A stretch of DNA of 64,000 nt from the NCBI RefSeq assembly GCF_054482525.1, contig NZ_CM137006.1; one strand, 5' to 3'. The position numbers and the translations under genes were made by a program. Under the pieces are notes generated by a model. It did no database searches and was not told where the DNA came from. It saw nothing but the letters and a program-made list of their open reading frames with translations. Shown piece after piece: positions 1 to 10,178 of this stretch. Numbering within the stretch: position 1 is the stretch's first letter; each line of letters begins with the position of its first letter.

Positions 1-664
1 TAATTAATAAATGCCCATCGTTCTCAAACGAAATCCATCCCTGATCGAATAGAATATCAATATGCGCAGCCAATATAATTCCATTAAAAGGATCAAGCCG
101 TTCATTCCCATTCTCGCAGGCAGCCCACGGCTTTATATGGCTGGTACGCAGTAAAGGTGCAAACGTCGTTCCCGTAACAGGACATGCCGGATACAACATA
201 AGACAATTTTTCCGAAAGGTACCTTGCCCCAGCCGTGCCGCAATCAGCTGCTCGCGTACGGTATCTTCAATACTTTTATCCTGCTGAATAGCAAGACAGT
301 CACGTTGTGCCTGTTCATCTCCAGCAGAAGATATTAACGAAAGAACGCGCTGCTCAATCGCACTGTCTGAAAGCACACTCATTCGCTGATACACACGCTG
401 CGCTGAATGAGAAAGCGCAGCAGGAGCGCCCTGCTCGTCAAGCCAGCCGACACGCACATCACTAAGCCAGGAATCAAAACGGTCACGACTATTTTTCAGA
501 CTATTGTGAAACTCGCTGGCAGTTTTGCCCGCTCCAAATCGAGGATAAAACAAGGCAAAAGCCTCTTTCCATTTCTGAACACCCAGTCCTGCGGGTGGTT
601 GAGATTTTCCGTACTTCGACAAATACCACGCCACTTCAAGCAAATCGTCTTCAGAGCTATTCAA
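1..664 (-). CDS. HNH-nuclease-like protein, 3'-partial (C-terminus lies beyond the window start); start codon unresolved
   Basis: Minus-strand frame is open from 691 down to position 1 with no stop. Translation ends ...LYPACPVTGTTFAPLLRTSHIKPWAACENGNERLDPFNGIILAAHIDILFDQGWISFENDGHLLI, a His-Me finger / HNH-type pattern. First ATG is at 382; possible TTG/GTG starts at 664, 643, 634. Absent from the ORF track because it runs off the window. Confidence 0.5.
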   Translation of the reverse strand, partial: MNSSEDDLLEVAWYLSKYGKSQPPAGLGVQKWKEAFALFYPRFGAGKTASEFHNSLKNSRDRFDSWLSDVRVGWLDEQGAPAALSHSAQRVYQRMSVLSDSAIEQRVLSLISSAGDEQAQRDCLAIQQDKSIEDTVREQLIAARLGQGTFRKNCLMLYPACPVTGTTFAPLLRTSHIKPWAACENGNERLDPFNGIILAAHIDILFDQGWISFENDGHLLI

Positions 665-964
665 TATTACGTCCTGTTTTTGCAGAGTAAATTATCACCA
701 GATTATATCTGAAAAGATCGTTTACTAAACTGATCTGCTTACCTGCAAAACGGTACTGCAAACGCTAATACTCAGAACCATTAAGAGGAACAAGCAGGTG
801 CATTCCGCTGCCATCGGTCAGTTTGTATTGCTTATCCCCTGCCTCTAGGTACAAGCATTTTCGAAACGGAAATACCATTATCTGTTGGTAGATGTACGTT
901 GAAGTTGGTTCACCTGGAGAGAGTTAATATAGCGGGAAAGGTAGGTAAATACTGGATTTCAGGT

Positions 965-990
965 ATAAAAAAAGACCTCAGTTGAGGTCT
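965..990 (-). terminator. rho-independent terminator downstream of leuX
   Basis: Inverted repeat agacctca/gttgaggtct followed on the minus strand by a T-run (plus-strand A7). Confidence 0.6.
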
Positions 991-1003
991 ATTTACATAC
1001 TTT

Positions 1004-1088
1004 TGGTGCCGAAGGCCGGACTCGAACCGGCACGTATTTCTACGGTTGATTTTGAATCAACTGCGTCTACCGATTTCGCCACTTCGGC
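1004..1088 (-). tRNA. leuX: tRNA-Leu (anticodon CAA)
   Basis: 85-nt reverse complement reads GCCGAAGTGGCGAAATCGGTAGACGCAGTTGATTCAAAATCAACCGTAGAAATACGTGCCGGTTCGAGTCCGGCCTTCGGCACCA, with CAA anticodon and encoded CCA end. Confidence 0.96.
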
Positions 1089-1283
1089 ACTGAAGAGGTA
1101 TGCGGAAAACGTTGTGGATTATACCTGTCGCACGCCACCATGCAAGCGCCAGCTTGCTCCCACTTCGCTAAGTGCTGAAATTTTCAGCATTGCATACAGC
1201 GATGTGTAACCTTTGTCACACTCCAGGCACCCCGCCCTGCCATGCTCTACACTTCCCAGACAACACCAGAGAAGGACCAAAAA

Positions 1284-2303
1284 ATGTCGATGATAAAAAG
1301 CTATGCCGCAAAAGAAGCTGGCGGCGAACTGGAACTTTATGAGTACGATCCCGGTGAACTGAAGCCACAAGATGTTGAAGTGCAAGTGGATTACTGCGGG
1401 ATCTGCCATTCCGATCTGTCGATGATCGACAACGAATGGGGATTTTCACAATATCCGCTGGTTGCCGGGCATGAGGTGATTGGGCGCGTGGTGGCACTAG
1501 GGAGCGCCGCGCAGGATAAAGGTTTGCAGGTCGGTCAGCGTGTCGGGATTGGCTGGACGGCGCGTAGCTGTGGTCACTGCGATGCCTGTATTAGCGGTAA
1601 TCAGATCAACTGCGAGCAAGGCGCGGTGCCAACAATTATGAATCGCGGCGGCTTTGCCGAGAAGTTGCGTGCGGACTGGCAATGGGTGATTCCGCTGCCA
1701 GAAAATATTGATATCGAGTCTGCCGGACCGCTGTTGTGCGGCGGTATCACGGTCTTTAAGCCACTGTTGATGCACCATATCACTGCCACCAGCCGCGTCG
1801 GCGTGATTGGTATTGGCGGGCTGGGGCATATCGCTATAAAACTTCTGCACGCAATGGGATGCGAGGTGACAGCCTTTAGTTCAAATCCGGCGAAAGAGCA
1901 GGAAGTACTGGCGATGGATGCCGATAAAGTGGTGAATAGCCGCGATCCGCAGGCACTGAAAACTCTGGCGGGGCAGTTTGATCTCATTATCAATACTGTG
2001 AACGTCAGCCTCGACTGGCAGCCTTATTTTGAGGCGCTGACGTATGGCGGTAATTTCCACACCGTCGGTGCGGTTCTCACGCCGTTGCCGGTTCCGGCCT
2101 TTACGCTGATTGCGGGCGATCGCAGTGTCTCTGGCTCTGCTACCGGTACACCTTATGAGTTGCGTAAGCTGATGCGCTTTGCCGCCCGCAGCAAGGTTGC
2201 GCCGACTACCGAACTGTTCCCGATGTCGAAAATTAACGACGCCATCCAGCATGTGCGCGACGGTAAGGCGCGTTACCGCGTGGTGTTGAAAGCCGATTTT
2301 TGA
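1284..2303 (+). CDS. ahr: NADPH-dependent aldehyde reductase, Zn-dependent alcohol dehydrogenase family
   Basis: ORF 1242..2303; GHEVIG and CGICHSD zinc-ADH motifs; annotated start at [14 protein letters not shown] (339 aa) rather than the upstream ORF-track start. Confidence 0.9.
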   Translation: MSMIKSYAAKEAGGELELYEYDPGELKPQDVEVQVDYCGICHSDLSMIDNEWGFSQYPLVAGHEVIGRVVALGSAAQDKGLQVGQRVGIGWTARSCGHCDACISGNQINCEQGAVPTIMNRGGFAEKLRADWQWVIPLPENIDIESAGPLLCGGITVFKPLLMHHITATSRVGVIGIGGLGHIAIKLLHAMGCEVTAFSSNPAKEQEVLAMDADKVVNSRDPQALKTLAGQFDLIINTVNVSLDWQPYFEALTYGGNFHTVGAVLTPLPVPAFTLIAGDRSVSGSATGTPYELRKLMRFAARSKVAPTTELFPMSKINDAIQHVRDGKARYRVVLKADF

Positions 2304-2306
2304 AAA

Positions 2307-2870
2307 TCATTCGCAGCGCTGATCTGAGGCGCTGCCCTCTTTCGCACATATTCTGTTTTGTCGTATCGCCAGCACAGCCTGCCGACATTGTTCGGTGACA
2401 TTGGCAATATCATGGTTGATATCAATGCGCACAATATCCTGTTCATCTGCTTGTGGACGCTCCAGCGCCTCAAACTGACTTTTTAGTAACGCTACCGGCA
2501 TAAAATGCCCAGCCCGACGCTGCATTCGCGCGAGAATAGTTTCATAGTCGCCATCTAACCAGAGGAAATGAACATGGGGGCTACCCTTGCGTAAAATATC
2601 ACGATACTGTTTTTTTAATGATGAACAGACAATAAATCCTGTTTCATTCTTTTTATAAAGACTGTATGAAGCATCATTTAAGCGTTCCAGCCAGGGAAGT
2701 CGATCTTCATCAGATAATGGAATACCCTGCGACATTTTATCTATATTTTTGGCTGGATGAAGATCGTCACCATCAATAAATTTAGCAGATAATAACGCGG
2801 CAACCTTGCTACCAATTAATGTTTTACCACTCCCTGAAACGCCCATCAAAATAAAGCTTTCACCCGCCAT
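2307..2870 (-). CDS. idnK: thermosensitive gluconokinase (D-gluconate kinase)
   Basis: 187 aa, P-loop GVSGSGKT, matches IdnK. Confidence 0.92.
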   Translation of the reverse strand: MAGESFILMGVSGSGKTLIGSKVAALLSAKFIDGDDLHPAKNIDKMSQGIPLSDEDRLPWLERLNDASYSLYKKNETGFIVCSSLKKQYRDILRKGSPHVHFLWLDGDYETILARMQRRAGHFMPVALLKSQFEALERPQADEQDIVRIDINHDIANVTEQCRQAVLAIRQNRICAKEGSASDQRCE

Positions 2871-2971
2871 TTAAAATCTCCTGAATCATCTTACCTGCTG
2901 CGATACTACGCCTGGTGGCATAATAATTTCACGTTTTTTTATTTCTGCTGATAAGAATTACAAAGCACATC

Positions 2972-2987
2972 ACGTTATGCGTAACAT
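2972..2987. promoter_or_regulatory. candidate IdnR/GntR-type operator in the idnK-idnD divergent control region
   Basis: Near-palindrome acgttatgcgtaacat in the 216-bp divergent intergenic region; resembles the ATGTTAC half-site of GntR/IdnR operators. Not verified. Confidence 0.35.
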
Positions 2988-3086
2988 AGTAATGTAACAA
3001 TTTTCTAACGTGATCTTCATCACAAATAATGACAATTAAAACCGCTTAAATGCTTCCGAGGTGTCTACCTGACCAGTGAGGAATTT

Positions 3087-4118
3087 ATGCAAGTGAAAAC
3101 ACAGTCCTGCGTTGTTGCAGGCAAGAAAACTGTTGCCGTTACCGAGCAGACGATAGATTGGAATAATAATGGAACATTAGTACAAATAACCCGAGGTGGA
3201 ATTTGCGGTTCCGATTTACATTATTATCAGGAAGGAAAAGTAGGTAATTTCATGATAAAGGCACCGATGGTGTTAGGTCATGAAGTTATCGGTAAAGTTA
3301 TTCATAGCGACTCATCAAAATTACATGAAGGGCAAACGGTAGCCATTAATCCGTCTAAACCGTGCGGTCACTGCAAATACTGCATTGAACATAACGAGAA
3401 TCAGTGTACAGAGATGCGTTTTTTTGGCAGTGCCATGTATTTCCCTCATGTTGATGGTGGCTTTACCCGTTATAAAATGGTCGAAACGTCGCAATGTGTC
3501 CCTTATCCGGCCAAAGCTGACGAAAAGGTTATGGCTTTTGCCGAACCTTTAGCCGTCGCGATTCATGCCGCACATCAGGCCGGCGAGTTACAGGGCAAGC
3601 GAGTATTTATTTCTGGTGTTGGGCCCATTGGTTGCCTGATTGTCAGTGCTGTGAAAACACTGGGGGCCGCGGAAATTGTCTGTGCCGATGTGAGTCCCCG
3701 TTCCCTTTCGCTGGGCAAAGAGATGGGGGCGGATGTGCTCGTAAACCCACAAAACGACGACATGGATCACTGGAAAGCGGAAAAAGGCTATTTCGATGTC
3801 AGCTTTGAAGTGTCCGGTCATCCTTCATCAGTGAATACCTGTCTGGAGGTCACTCGTGCACGCGGCGTAATGGTGCAGGTAGGTATGGGAGGCGCGATGG
3901 CAGAATTCCCAATGATGACATTGATTGGTAAGGAGATTTCACTCAAAGGCTCTTTCCGTTTTACCAGCGAATTTAATACCGCAGTGTCATGGCTGGCGAA
4001 TGGCGTTATCAATCCACTGCCTTTACTGAGTGCTGAATATCCCTTCACTGACCTGGAAGAGGCGCTACGTTTCGCCGGTGATAAAACCCAGGCAGCAAAA
4101 GTCCAGCTTGTTTTCTAA
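3087..4118 (+). CDS. idnD: L-idonate 5-dehydrogenase
   Basis: 343 aa, zinc-ADH motifs (GICGSDLHYY, GHEVIG). Confidence 0.92.
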   Translation: MQVKTQSCVVAGKKTVAVTEQTIDWNNNGTLVQITRGGICGSDLHYYQEGKVGNFMIKAPMVLGHEVIGKVIHSDSSKLHEGQTVAINPSKPCGHCKYCIEHNENQCTEMRFFGSAMYFPHVDGGFTRYKMVETSQCVPYPAKADEKVMAFAEPLAVAIHAAHQAGELQGKRVFISGVGPIGCLIVSAVKTLGAAEIVCADVSPRSLSLGKEMGADVLVNPQNDDMDHWKAEKGYFDVSFEVSGHPSSVNTCLEVTRARGVMVQVGMGGAMAEFPMMTLIGKEISLKGSFRFTSEFNTAVSWLANGVINPLPLLSAEYPFTDLEEALRFAGDKTQAAKVQLVF

Positions 4119-4141
4119 GAGATAAATAAAGGAATAATACA

Positions 4142-4906
4142 ATGAACGATCTATTTTCACTGGCAGGAAAAAATATCTTGATTACCGGTTCAGCACAGGG
4201 CATTGGCTTTTTACTGGCAACCGGCCTGGGTAAATATGGCGCACAAATAATTATTAATGATATTACTGCCGAACGCGCAGAACTTGCTGTAGAAAAACTC
4301 CACCAGGAGGGTATTCAGGCCGTTGCCGCACCTTTTAATGTTACTCATAAACATGAAATTGATGCCGCCGTTGAACATATCGAAAAGAACATCGGCCCCA
4401 TTGATGTGCTGGTGAATAACGCCGGTATCCAGCGCCGTCATCCTTTTACTGAGTTCCCTGAACAAGAGTGGAATGATGTGATCGCAGTAAACCAGACCGC
4501 CGTGTTCCTGGTATCGCAAGCGGTAACTCGTCACATGGTTGAACGCAAGGCAGGTAAAGTTATTAATATTTGCTCGATGCAAAGCGAACTGGGACGTGAC
4601 ACCATCACCCCTTATGCCGCATCGAAAGGGGCGGTAAAAATGCTCACCCGCGGCATGTGCGTCGAGCTGGCGCGCCACAATATTCAGGTCAACGGTATTG
4701 CGCCGGGCTATTTCAAAACAGAAATGACTAAAGCACTGGTTGAGGACGAAGCCTTCACCGCCTGGTTGTGCAAACGGACCCCCGCCGCACGCTGGGGAGA
4801 TCCGCAGGAACTGATTGGTGCTGCGGTGTTCCTTTCTTCAAAAGCCTCTGATTTCGTAAACGGCCACCTGTTGTTTGTTGATGGCGGCATGTTAGTGGCT
4901 GTTTAA
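4142..4906 (+). CDS. idnO: 5-keto-D-gluconate 5-reductase (SDR family)
   Basis: 254 aa, SDR Rossmann motif TGSAQGIG and catalytic YAASK. Confidence 0.92.
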   Translation: MNDLFSLAGKNILITGSAQGIGFLLATGLGKYGAQIIINDITAERAELAVEKLHQEGIQAVAAPFNVTHKHEIDAAVEHIEKNIGPIDVLVNNAGIQRRHPFTEFPEQEWNDVIAVNQTAVFLVSQAVTRHMVERKAGKVINICSMQSELGRDTITPYAASKGAVKMLTRGMCVELARHNIQVNGIAPGYFKTEMTKALVEDEAFTAWLCKRTPAARWGDPQELIGAAVFLSSKASDFVNGHLLFVDGGMLVAV

Positions 4907-4970
4907 CAGCCACCATCCTACGTGCAGCGCGAAAGCGCTGCTTTTCTGGCACTAATAAGAGATAAAGACT

Positions 4971-6290
4971 ATGCCATTAATCATTATTGCGGCAGGCGTC
5001 GCGCTGCTTCTTATCCTGATGATCGGCTTTAAAGTTAACGGCTTTATTGCCCTCGTTCTGGTAGCTGCCGTCGTCGGATTTGCCGAAGGGATGGATGCAC
5101 AGGCCGTCCTGCACTCTATACAAAATGGTATCGGCAGCACGCTCGGCGGGCTGGCAATGATCCTCGGTTTCGGGGCCATGTTAGGCAAGCTGATTTCTGA
5201 TACGGGCGCGGCACAACGTATCGCCACTACGCTGATTGCTACTTTTGGTAAAAAACGCGTGCAATGGGCGCTAGTGATCACCGGTCTGGTTGTGGGCCTC
5301 GCCATGTTTTTTGAAGTGGGTTTTGTCCTGCTGTTGCCGTTGGTATTTACCATCGTAGCATCATCAGGATTACCCCTGTTGTATGTTGGCGTACCAATGG
5401 TAGCAGCGCTCTCTGTAACCCACTGTTTTCTGCCGCCACATCCAGGGCCTACTGCCATCGCGACTATCTTTGAGGCTAATCTCGGAACGACTTTACTGTA
5501 TGGATTTATCATTACCATTCCGACAGTTATTGTCGCAGGACCGCTGTTTTCTAAACTGCTAACTCGCTTTGAGAAAGCACCACCGGAAGGCTTATTTAAT
5601 CCTCATCTGTTTAGCGAAGAGGAGATGCCCTCCTTCTGGAACAGTATTTTCGCTGCCGTGATCCCGGTCATCCTGATGGCTATCGCCGCCGTTTGTGAAA
5701 TTACGTTACCGAAAACTAACACCGTGCGCCTCTTCTTTGAATTTGTCGGTAACCCTGCCGTTGCGCTGTTTATTGCCATTGTTATTGCGATTTTCACACT
5801 GGGCCGACGTAATGGACGCACCATCGAGCAAATCATGGATATCATTGGGGATTCTATAGGCGCTATCGCGATGATTGTGTTTATTATCGCTGGCGGCGGC
5901 GCGTTTAAGCAGGTATTAGTAGATAGCGGTGTCGGGCAGTATATTTCACACTTAATGACCGGAACTACACTTTCGCCGTTATTGATGTGCTGGACTGTTG
6001 CGGCGCTGTTGCGTATCGCTCTGGGCTCTGCCACCGTCGCGGCCATTACCACCGCGGGTGTGGTGTTGCCGATTATCAACGTTACCCATGCCGATCCCGC
6101 TTTAATGGTACTGGCAACCGGTGCGGGCAGCGTGATCGCGTCACACGTAAACGACCCTGGCTTCTGGCTATTTAAAGGGTATTTTAATCTGACGGTTGGT
6201 GAAACGTTGCGTACCTGGACGGTGATGGAAACCCTTATTTCTATTATGGGTTTGCTGGGCGTGTTAGCCATTAACGCCGTATTGCACTGA
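4971..6290 (+). CDS. idnT: L-idonate / 5-ketogluconate / gluconate transporter (GntP family)
   Basis: 439 aa polytopic membrane protein, matches IdnT. Confidence 0.92.
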   Translation: MPLIIIAAGVALLLILMIGFKVNGFIALVLVAAVVGFAEGMDAQAVLHSIQNGIGSTLGGLAMILGFGAMLGKLISDTGAAQRIATTLIATFGKKRVQWALVITGLVVGLAMFFEVGFVLLLPLVFTIVASSGLPLLYVGVPMVAALSVTHCFLPPHPGPTAIATIFEANLGTTLLYGFIITIPTVIVAGPLFSKLLTRFEKAPPEGLFNPHLFSEEEMPSFWNSIFAAVIPVILMAIAAVCEITLPKTNTVRLFFEFVGNPAVALFIAIVIAIFTLGRRNGRTIEQIMDIIGDSIGAIAMIVFIIAGGGAFKQVLVDSGVGQYISHLMTGTTLSPLLMCWTVAALLRIALGSATVAAITTAGVVLPIINVTHADPALMVLATGAGSVIASHVNDPGFWLFKGYFNLTVGETLRTWTVMETLISIMGLLGVLAINAVLH

Positions 6291-6356
6291 AAGAATAAAA
6301 TATTGTGATGTAGTTTCGGGGGAAGATTGAAGATTCCCCCGACGTTGGGAGAAGTT

Positions 6357-7355
6357 ATGCGCAATCACAGAATTTCTTTACAGGATATCGCTACGCTGGC
6401 TGGCGTAACAAAAATGACCGTGAGTCGTTATATCCGCTCGCCGAAAAAGGTGGCAAAGGAAACAGGCGAGCGCATCGCCAAAATTATGGAAGAGATCAAT
6501 TATATCCCTAATCGCGCTCCCGGCATGTTGTTGAATGCACAAAGTTATACCCTCGGTATCTTGATTCCGTCATTTCAAAATCAACTCTTCGCTGACATTC
6601 TCGCGGGAATAGAATCCGTCACCTCTGAGCATAATTATCAGACCCTTATTGCTAATTACAATTACGATCGCGATTCCGAAGAAGAGTCGGTGATTAACCT
6701 GCTCTCTTATAACATTGACGGGATTATACTTTCGGAAAAATATCACACCATCAGGACGGTGAAATTTCTGCGTTCAGCCACCATTCCGGTCGTGGAATTG
6801 ATGGATGTACAGGGAGAACGGCTGGATATGGAGGTCGGTTTTGATAATCGGCAGGCCGCTTTTGACATGGTGTGTACCATGCTGGAGAAGCGAGTCAGGC
6901 ACAAAATTCTGTATCTCGGTTCCAAAGATGACACCCGCGATGAACAGCGTTATCAGGGGTATTGCGATGCGATGATGCTGCATAATCTTTCCCCATTACG
7001 CATGAATCCACGCGCCATCTCATCCATTCATTTAGGAATGCAGTTAATGCGTGATGCCCTTAGCGCAAACCCGGATTTAGACGGTGTATTTTGCACCAAT
7101 GACGATATTGCGATGGGTGCGCTTCTGCTGTGCCGCGAGCGAAACCTCGCCGTGCCAGAACAAATTTCCATTGCGGGTTTTCATGGGCTGGAGATTGGCA
7201 GGCAAATGATCCCAAGCCTCGCCAGCGTAATTACTCCCCGTTTTGATATTGGTCGGATGGCCGCCCAAATGTTGCTGAGCAAAATTAAAAATAACGATCA
7301 CAACCACAACACTGTTGACCTCGGGTATCAGATTTATCACGGCAACACGCTTTAG
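6357..7355 (+). CDS. idnR: LacI-family transcriptional regulator of the idn operon
   Basis: HTH segment [20 protein letters not shown]; annotated start MRNHRISLQ (332 aa) inside ORF 6327..7355. Confidence 0.9.
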   Translation: MRNHRISLQDIATLAGVTKMTVSRYIRSPKKVAKETGERIAKIMEEINYIPNRAPGMLLNAQSYTLGILIPSFQNQLFADILAGIESVTSEHNYQTLIANYNYDRDSEEESVINLLSYNIDGIILSEKYHTIRTVKFLRSATIPVVELMDVQGERLDMEVGFDNRQAAFDMVCTMLEKRVRHKILYLGSKDDTRDEQRYQGYCDAMMLHNLSPLRMNPRAISSIHLGMQLMRDALSANPDLDGVFCTNDDIAMGALLLCRERNLAVPEQISIAGFHGLEIGRQMIPSLASVITPRFDIGRMAAQMLLSKIKNNDHNHNTVDLGYQIYHGNTL

Positions 7356-7432
7356 GTTATTTTCTCTTCATTACACGTATTCTCTTTGCCGGACGTTGCC
7401 TATACTCCAGGCAGGAAACTGGAGGATATCTC

Positions 7433-8935
7433 ATGAGCGAACCCCTGTTAATTGCCCGCACGCCAGACACAGAACTGTTTTTACTACCCGCTATGGCTAA
7501 CCGTCATGGGCTGATTACCGGCGCAACGGGGACGGGTAAAACCGTTACGCTGCAAAAACTGGCGGAGTCATTGTCGGAAATCGGCGTTCCGGTGTTTATG
7601 GCCGATGTGAAAGGCGATCTGACCGGCGTCGCGCAGGCAGGAACGGCGTCGGAAAAACTGCTCGCAAGGCTTAAAAATATCGGCGTAAATGACTGGCAAC
7701 CGCATGCTAATCCGGTGGTGGTGTGGGATATCTTTGGCGAGAAAGGCCATCCGGTGCGGGCGACGGTTTCGGATCTGGGGCCGCTGTTGCTGGCGCGACT
7801 GTTGAATCTCAACGATGTGCAATCTGGCGTGCTGAATATTATCTTTCGTATTGCTGATGATCAGGGGCTGTTACTGCTCGACTTTAAAGATTTGCGGGCG
7901 ATTACCCAGTACATCGGCGATAACGCCAAATCCTTCCAGAATCAGTACGGTAATATCAGTAGCGCATCGGTTGGTGCCATCCAGCGCGGGCTGTTGTCGC
8001 TGGAACAGCAAGGCGCAGCACACTTCTTTGGTGAGCCGATGCTGGATATCAAAGACTGGATGCGCACCGATGCCAACGGTAAAGGCGTTATCAATATCCT
8101 CAGCGCCGAGAAACTTTATCAGATGCCGAAACTGTACGCCGCCAGCCTGCTGTGGATGCTTTCAGAGTTGTATGAACAATTGCCTGAAGCGGGCGATCTG
8201 GAGAAACCAAAACTGGTGTTTTTCTTCGACGAAGCACATCTGCTGTTTAACGATGCACCGCAGGTACTGCTGGATAAGATTGAGCAGGTGATAAGGCTTA
8301 TTCGCTCAAAAGGCGTGGGCGTCTGGTTCGTTTCGCAAAACCCGTCAGATATTCCGGATAATGTGCTCGGGCAGCTCGGTAATCGCGTTCAGCACGCTTT
8401 GCGGGCTTTTACGCCAAAAGATCAGAAAGCAGTGAAGGCAGCGGCGCAAACCATGCGGGCCAATCCGGCGTTTGATACCGAAAAGGCAATCCAGGAACTG
8501 GGGACCGGCGAGGCGTTAATCTCGTTTCTCGATGCGAAAGGAAGCCCTTCAGTGGTGGAACGGGCGATGGTGATTGCCCCCTGTTCACGAATGGGGCCGG
8601 TGACGGAAGATGAGCGTAATGGCTTGATTAATCACTCCCCGGTGTATGGCAAGTACGAGGATGACGTGGACCGGGAATCCGCCTATGAGATGTTGCAAAA
8701 AGGCTTTCAGGCCAGTACCGAGCAGCAAAATAATCCTCCCGCGAAAGGGAAAGAGGTGGCGGTGGATGACGGTATTCTTGGTGGATTGAAGGATATTTTG
8801 TTTGGCACTACCGGACCACGCGGCGGGAAGAAAGATGGTGTGGTGCAAACAATGGCGAAAAGCGCCGCTCGCCAGGTGACGAATCAGATTGTACGCGGGA
8901 TGTTGGGGAGTTTGCTGGGGGGGAGAAAAAGATAA
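7433..8935 (+). CDS. yjgR: DUF853-family P-loop NTPase
   Basis: 500 aa, Walker A GATGTGKT, Walker-B-like FFFDEAH. Confidence 0.88.
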   Translation: MSEPLLIARTPDTELFLLPAMANRHGLITGATGTGKTVTLQKLAESLSEIGVPVFMADVKGDLTGVAQAGTASEKLLARLKNIGVNDWQPHANPVVVWDIFGEKGHPVRATVSDLGPLLLARLLNLNDVQSGVLNIIFRIADDQGLLLLDFKDLRAITQYIGDNAKSFQNQYGNISSASVGAIQRGLLSLEQQGAAHFFGEPMLDIKDWMRTDANGKGVINILSAEKLYQMPKLYAASLLWMLSELYEQLPEAGDLEKPKLVFFFDEAHLLFNDAPQVLLDKIEQVIRLIRSKGVGVWFVSQNPSDIPDNVLGQLGNRVQHALRAFTPKDQKAVKAAAQTMRANPAFDTEKAIQELGTGEALISFLDAKGSPSVVERAMVIAPCSRMGPVTEDERNGLINHSPVYGKYEDDVDRESAYEMLQKGFQASTEQQNNPPAKGKEVAVDDGILGGLKDILFGTTGPRGGKKDGVVQTMAKSAARQVTNQIVRGMLGSLLGGRKR

Positions 8936-9095
8936 GTCAGGTGCGATTTGTCTTTGCCTGATGCGACGCTGGCGCGCTTTATCATGCCTACACTACTGCA
9001 ATATATTGAATTTTCATGATTTTTCAGGCATGAACGAAGCACACTTTGCTAACAATAATAAAGGGAGCTTTCGCTCCCTTTATTCGTTCATCAGG

Positions 9096-10178
9096 TTACG
9101 ATTTTCTCATTAACAGCCACAGGCTGATTAAGAAGAAGCTGGCGCTTGGCAACAGTGCGCCAATGATCGGCGGGATGCCATAAACCAACGTCAGCGGGCC
9201 GAAGATCTGGTCCAGTACGTAGAAAACAAAACCGAAGCTGATACCGGTGACCACACGCACGCCCATCGGTACGCTACGCAGTGGGCCAAAGATGAACGAC
9301 AGCGCCATCAACATCATCACCGCCACGGATAGCGGCTGGAAGATTTTGCTCCACATGTTGAGCTGATAACGTCCGGCATCCTGACCGCTCGACTTCAGAT
9401 ACTTCACATAGTTGTGCAAACCACTGATGGAGAGTGCATCCGGGTCCAGCGCCACCACGCCCAGTTTGTCTGGCGTGAGGTTGGTTTTCCAGGTGCCGCT
9501 CACCGTCTGCGAACCGGTGATCTGTTTCGGATTGGTCAAATCAGATTCATCAACCTGCGACAGACGCCAGACTTTATGTTCCGGGTCAAACTTCGCGGTA
9601 GCGGCATAACGTACGGATTGCAGACGACGATTCTCGTTAAAGGCATAAATACTGATGCCACCTAACTCCTCGTCACCTTTAACCCGCTCAATGTAGACGA
9701 AGTTGTTGCCATCTTTCGCCCATAAGCCTTGCTGGGTAGAGAGCAACGAGCCGCCGTACATCGCCTGCGCACGGTAGTTACGCGCCATCTGTTCGCCCTG
9801 CGGCGCGACCCATTCGCCAATCGCCATCGTCAGCAAGACCAGCGGAATGGCGGTTTTCATCACCGACAGCGCAACCTGCATACGGGTAAAACCAGAAGCC
9901 TGCATCACCACCAGTTCGCTGCGCTGCGCCAGCATCCCAAGACCAAGCAACGCCCCAAGCAGAGCCGCCATCGGGAAGAAGATTTGCACATCTTTCGGCA
10001 CGCTCAGCAAGGTATACATTCCTGCGCCTAACGCGTCGTAACTCCCCTGCCCGGCTTTTTTCAGCTGATCGACAAACTTGATAATGCCCGACAGCGACAC
10101 CAGCATGAACAGCGTCATCATGATGGTGGTGAAAATAGTTTTACCGATATAGCGGTCAAGTACGCCAAAAGGTTGCAT
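9096..10178 (-). CDS. lptG: LPS export ABC transporter permease
   Basis: ORF 9096..10181 begins with a GTG codon; the ATG one codon in gives the 360-aa LptG (MQPFGVLDRYIGK...). Confidence 0.92.
   Translation of the reverse strand: MQPFGVLDRYIGKTIFTTIMMTLFMLVSLSGIIKFVDQLKKAGQGSYDALGAGMYTLLSVPKDVQIFFPMAALLGALLGLGMLAQRSELVVMQASGFTRMQVALSVMKTAIPLVLLTMAIGEWVAPQGEQMARNYRAQAMYGGSLLSTQQGLWAKDGNNFVYIERVKGDEELGGISIYAFNENRRLQSVRYAATAKFDPEHKVWRLSQVDESDLTNPKQITGSQTVSGTWKTNLTPDKLGVVALDPDALSISGLHNYVKYLKSSGQDAGRYQLNMWSKIFQPLSVAVMMLMALSFIFGPLRSVPMGVRVVTGISFGFVFYVLDQIFGPLTLVYGIPPIIGALLPSASFFLISLWLLMRKS

Noticed and set aside
407-712. 101-aa plus-strand ORF at the window start
   Set aside because: Lies antisense to the HNH-like open frame, has a low-complexity basic composition and no recognisable domain; most likely a shadow ORF.
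700-1003. Integrase gene or att-site direct repeat next to leuX
   Set aside because: No ORF with integrase features and no second copy of the tRNA 3' end in this interval; any island boundary must lie beyond the window.
982-1209. 75-aa plus-strand ORF
   Set aside because: Overlaps the leuX tRNA on the opposite strand and the ahr promoter region; its sequence is the antisense translation of a tRNA.
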